Part shown: positions 63,864-64,000 of the stretch, piece by piece | How the letters are laid out: the number at the start of each line of letters is the position of its first letter | How positions within the stretch are numbered: position 1 is the first letter of the stretch | Assembly: GCA_015063485.1 (NCBI GenBank) | Contig: SVUA01000006.1 | Coordinates: 19,180-83,179 of the forward strand | Direction: 5' to 3' | Length of the DNA stretch: 64,000 nt | Source: Oscillospiraceae bacterium | GTDB taxonomy: Bacteria; Bacillota; Clostridia; Oscillospirales; CAG-272 | Position numbers and translations under genes: made by a program | The notes under the pieces: generated by a model | What the model was told of the DNA's origin: nothing | Seen by the model: only the letters and a program-made list of their open reading frames with translations | The model's database searches: none

Positions 63864-64000
63864 AATGTTCGCACCTTCCCGTCGAATTCTTATTTATCGG
63901 TGAGATTATTATACTACAAAACAGTAAAAAAAGCAACACTTTTTAGAACATAGCAGAGAGAGGGATTCGTTCTTGATTTTTGCTCAACATTTCGGATTTG

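Noticed and set aside
1-64000. A window-wide look for rRNA, tRNA, CRISPR arrays, transposase/IS elements, toxin-antitoxin pairs and known defence-system genes.
   Set aside because: Intergenic gaps are short (mostly under 250 nt) and are accounted for by promoters and terminators. I saw no cloverleaf-like sequences, no regularly spaced repeats and no transposase-like ORFs. The only mobile-element trace is the integrase relic at 62882-63099.

Overview
This is a chromosomal, mostly housekeeping segment of a low-GC, spore-forming Firmicute with Clostridia-type gene order. It holds about 50 densely packed protein genes, mostly on the + strand. I saw no rRNA, tRNA, CRISPR array or intact mobile element. 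The recognisable blocks, in order: (1) relA (3' part)-dtd-hemZ-like. (2) The sporulation/division cluster yabM/spoVB-like flippase-mazG-hup-yabO-yabP-yabQ-divIC. (3) A glycogen operon glgB*-glgC-glgD-glgA-glgP-GH13-small ORF, in which glgB is internally deleted and 3'-truncated. (4) An envelope block: GT-C-like membrane protein, pgeF, tadA, lipoprotein, DUF2029-like membrane protein. (5) rsmE, a PucR-family regulator, an S41 peptidase, greA, an EamA transporter, rsuA and tex. (6) An orphan sugar-ABC ATPase followed by a stub lipoprotein. (7) A self-contained two-gene unit of ~900-aa FAD-oxidoreductase/discoidin-like paralogs of unknown function, which is the most unusual element here. (8) A minus-strand M16-M16-lgt-folD operon. 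(9) miaB-ymcA-mutS-mutL-tgt-tldD-pmbA-glyQS. (10) A lipoprotein, an AraC regulator and a MATE pump. (11) At the right edge, a frameshifted integrase 3' relic plus an unknown gene, which looks like the scar of a lost mobile element. All family assignments come from reading motifs by eye. No database search or alignment program was run.
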